Positions 62,794 through 64,000 of a stretch of DNA of 64,000 bases are shown here, in pieces; the stretch's first letter is position 1, and each line of letters starts with the position of its first letter. Source of the stretch: Parasitella parasitica NRRL 2501 (taxonomy: Eukaryota; Fungi; Mucoromycota); assembly GCA_025201805.1 (NCBI GenBank), contig MU619275.1, positions 83,550-147,549 on the forward strand. Direction: 5' to 3'. The translations under genes were made by a program, and so were the position numbers. The notes beneath the pieces were generated by a model that did no database searches, had not been told where the DNA came from, and saw nothing but the letters and a program-made list of their open reading frames with translations.

Positions 62794-63597
62794 ATGGATT
62801 TACGTTTGACTCAATCAATCCAAGATTCCATAAAAAAGGCTGTAGTGCTGCCAGACTTCTCCGAGAAATTCAAAGACGAGGCCGAGAAGATTTCAAAATT
62901 AAAGGTTTTCCCAAAAGATCCATATCCTGTTTCGACAGACTTGGTGGAGTATATTGCACGGCGATTAGGTACTATACAAAACAACACATGCACGACCTAT
63001 CCTTAGCCAATGTGTCTTTTAGATTTGCACTTTCACGAATTAATAATCGGTAGCGGTCTATACTTTGCTCCTAAAGAAGTTCCTGTTCAAGTAAGAGGAT
63101 TTTTTTTTTTTTTTTTTTTTTGTGTTCTTTTGGATTGTGGATGTTTATTCCTTTCTTTATGATCTGAATAGGACCCCAAATTTCTGGCGTACTTGGATAA
63201 ACTGCGTACTGAGCAGCAAGAAAGAGCTTACAACAAAATGGTGTCTGGTGTCATTACATCAGAAGATCAGAAGTTTAACTTGGGTATCAAGCCTGATGAA
63301 TTGAAGGAAGTCAAAAGTCATATTGCAACCATTTTCAACATTTTATTTTCAATGGTTGCTGTATATGTGGCTGTCTATAAGGTTTCTCAATCCATATTCA
63401 ACGATCTTGGTCTGGTAAGAGATTACGCTTTTCATTTACGATACTTGGGAAATTCAAAATCTTCATAGCAAGTTTTGGTAGCATTAGCTGGATCATTTTT
63501 CATTGGTACTGTTGAAGTGATTTTGTATGCAAAATACGCTTATGCAGCAACATCGGAAAAGAAAAAGACCAAAAATCGAAAAATAGCGACGCTTTAG
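62794..63597 (+). CDS. VMA12: ER V-ATPase assembly factor Vma12/Vph2/TMEM199
   Basis: HELIIGSGLY, LDKLRTEQQERAYNKMV, IATIFNILFSMVAV, VEVILY. Two TMs and three introns. Confidence 0.88.
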
Positions 63598-64000
63598 CTG
63601 AATTGATATCCTTTAAAATCTTATAAAAATAATATTCATGTGTCTAATTATGGACATTCCATTTTTTTATTTGAATTTTGAAATCCATGTTTTAATTATC
63701 ATTTAAAGTTGTAGAAATTGTACTCATTAGAAACCAGGAAACTTCAAGCCATGTTAAAAAATGTTGGCTGCTCACATCTTTAATGCTTGAAGTATTAGTA
63801 CTAATTGTGGATTGCAAATCAGTCTTTACGCAGGAAAGAAAAAGGAATACTTCAGATGAGACTACACTTATTTCAACCAAAAATAAAACCGCTTTGAAAT
63901 AACTCTTGGACTCATATTTTACAGCGCCTTAGTCATGGATCTATGCCAAGTGATTTTTATGTTGTCTGCCATGTCTTTCTTCTTGATAGAAAATAGATAC

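Noticed and set aside
63692-63880. 62-aa - strand ORF at the window end
   Set aside because: It may be the 3' end of a gene outside the window, but it has no recognisable motif.

Overview
Eukaryotic, intron-containing fungal DNA. Short GT-AG introns, gene content and low-complexity tracts point to a Mucorales-type genome (inference). There are five assembly gaps. About 25 protein genes can be reconstructed by splicing by hand, including a myosin-motor chitin synthase, CSN4, TSC2, an F-box protein, an FHA/tail-anchor Far9/SLMAP-like protein, a SAM methyltransferase, a Rab22/31-like GTPase, a formin, a rhodanese, a CBM48 protein, ATP2, HRD3, an agmatinase-like ureohydrolase, HAPSTR1-like and Sld7-like proteins, and VMA12. 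A four-gene secreted/cell-surface block lies at 25.4-31.6 kb (AA5 copper radical oxidase, fasciclin, mucin-like type I membrane protein, DPBB protein). The 40-49.5 kb stretch is rich in mobile DNA. It holds two convergent pseudogenised Fanzor-like (TnpB-derived, RNA-guided nuclease) fragments that the ORF track only shows in pieces, a young Tc1/mariner element with perfect 31-bp TIRs and TA duplication, and an older DD34E transposase relic beside it. The Tc1 insertion site lies next to a GNRA hairpin plus U-tract. All family assignments come from motif recognition by eye, not database searches.
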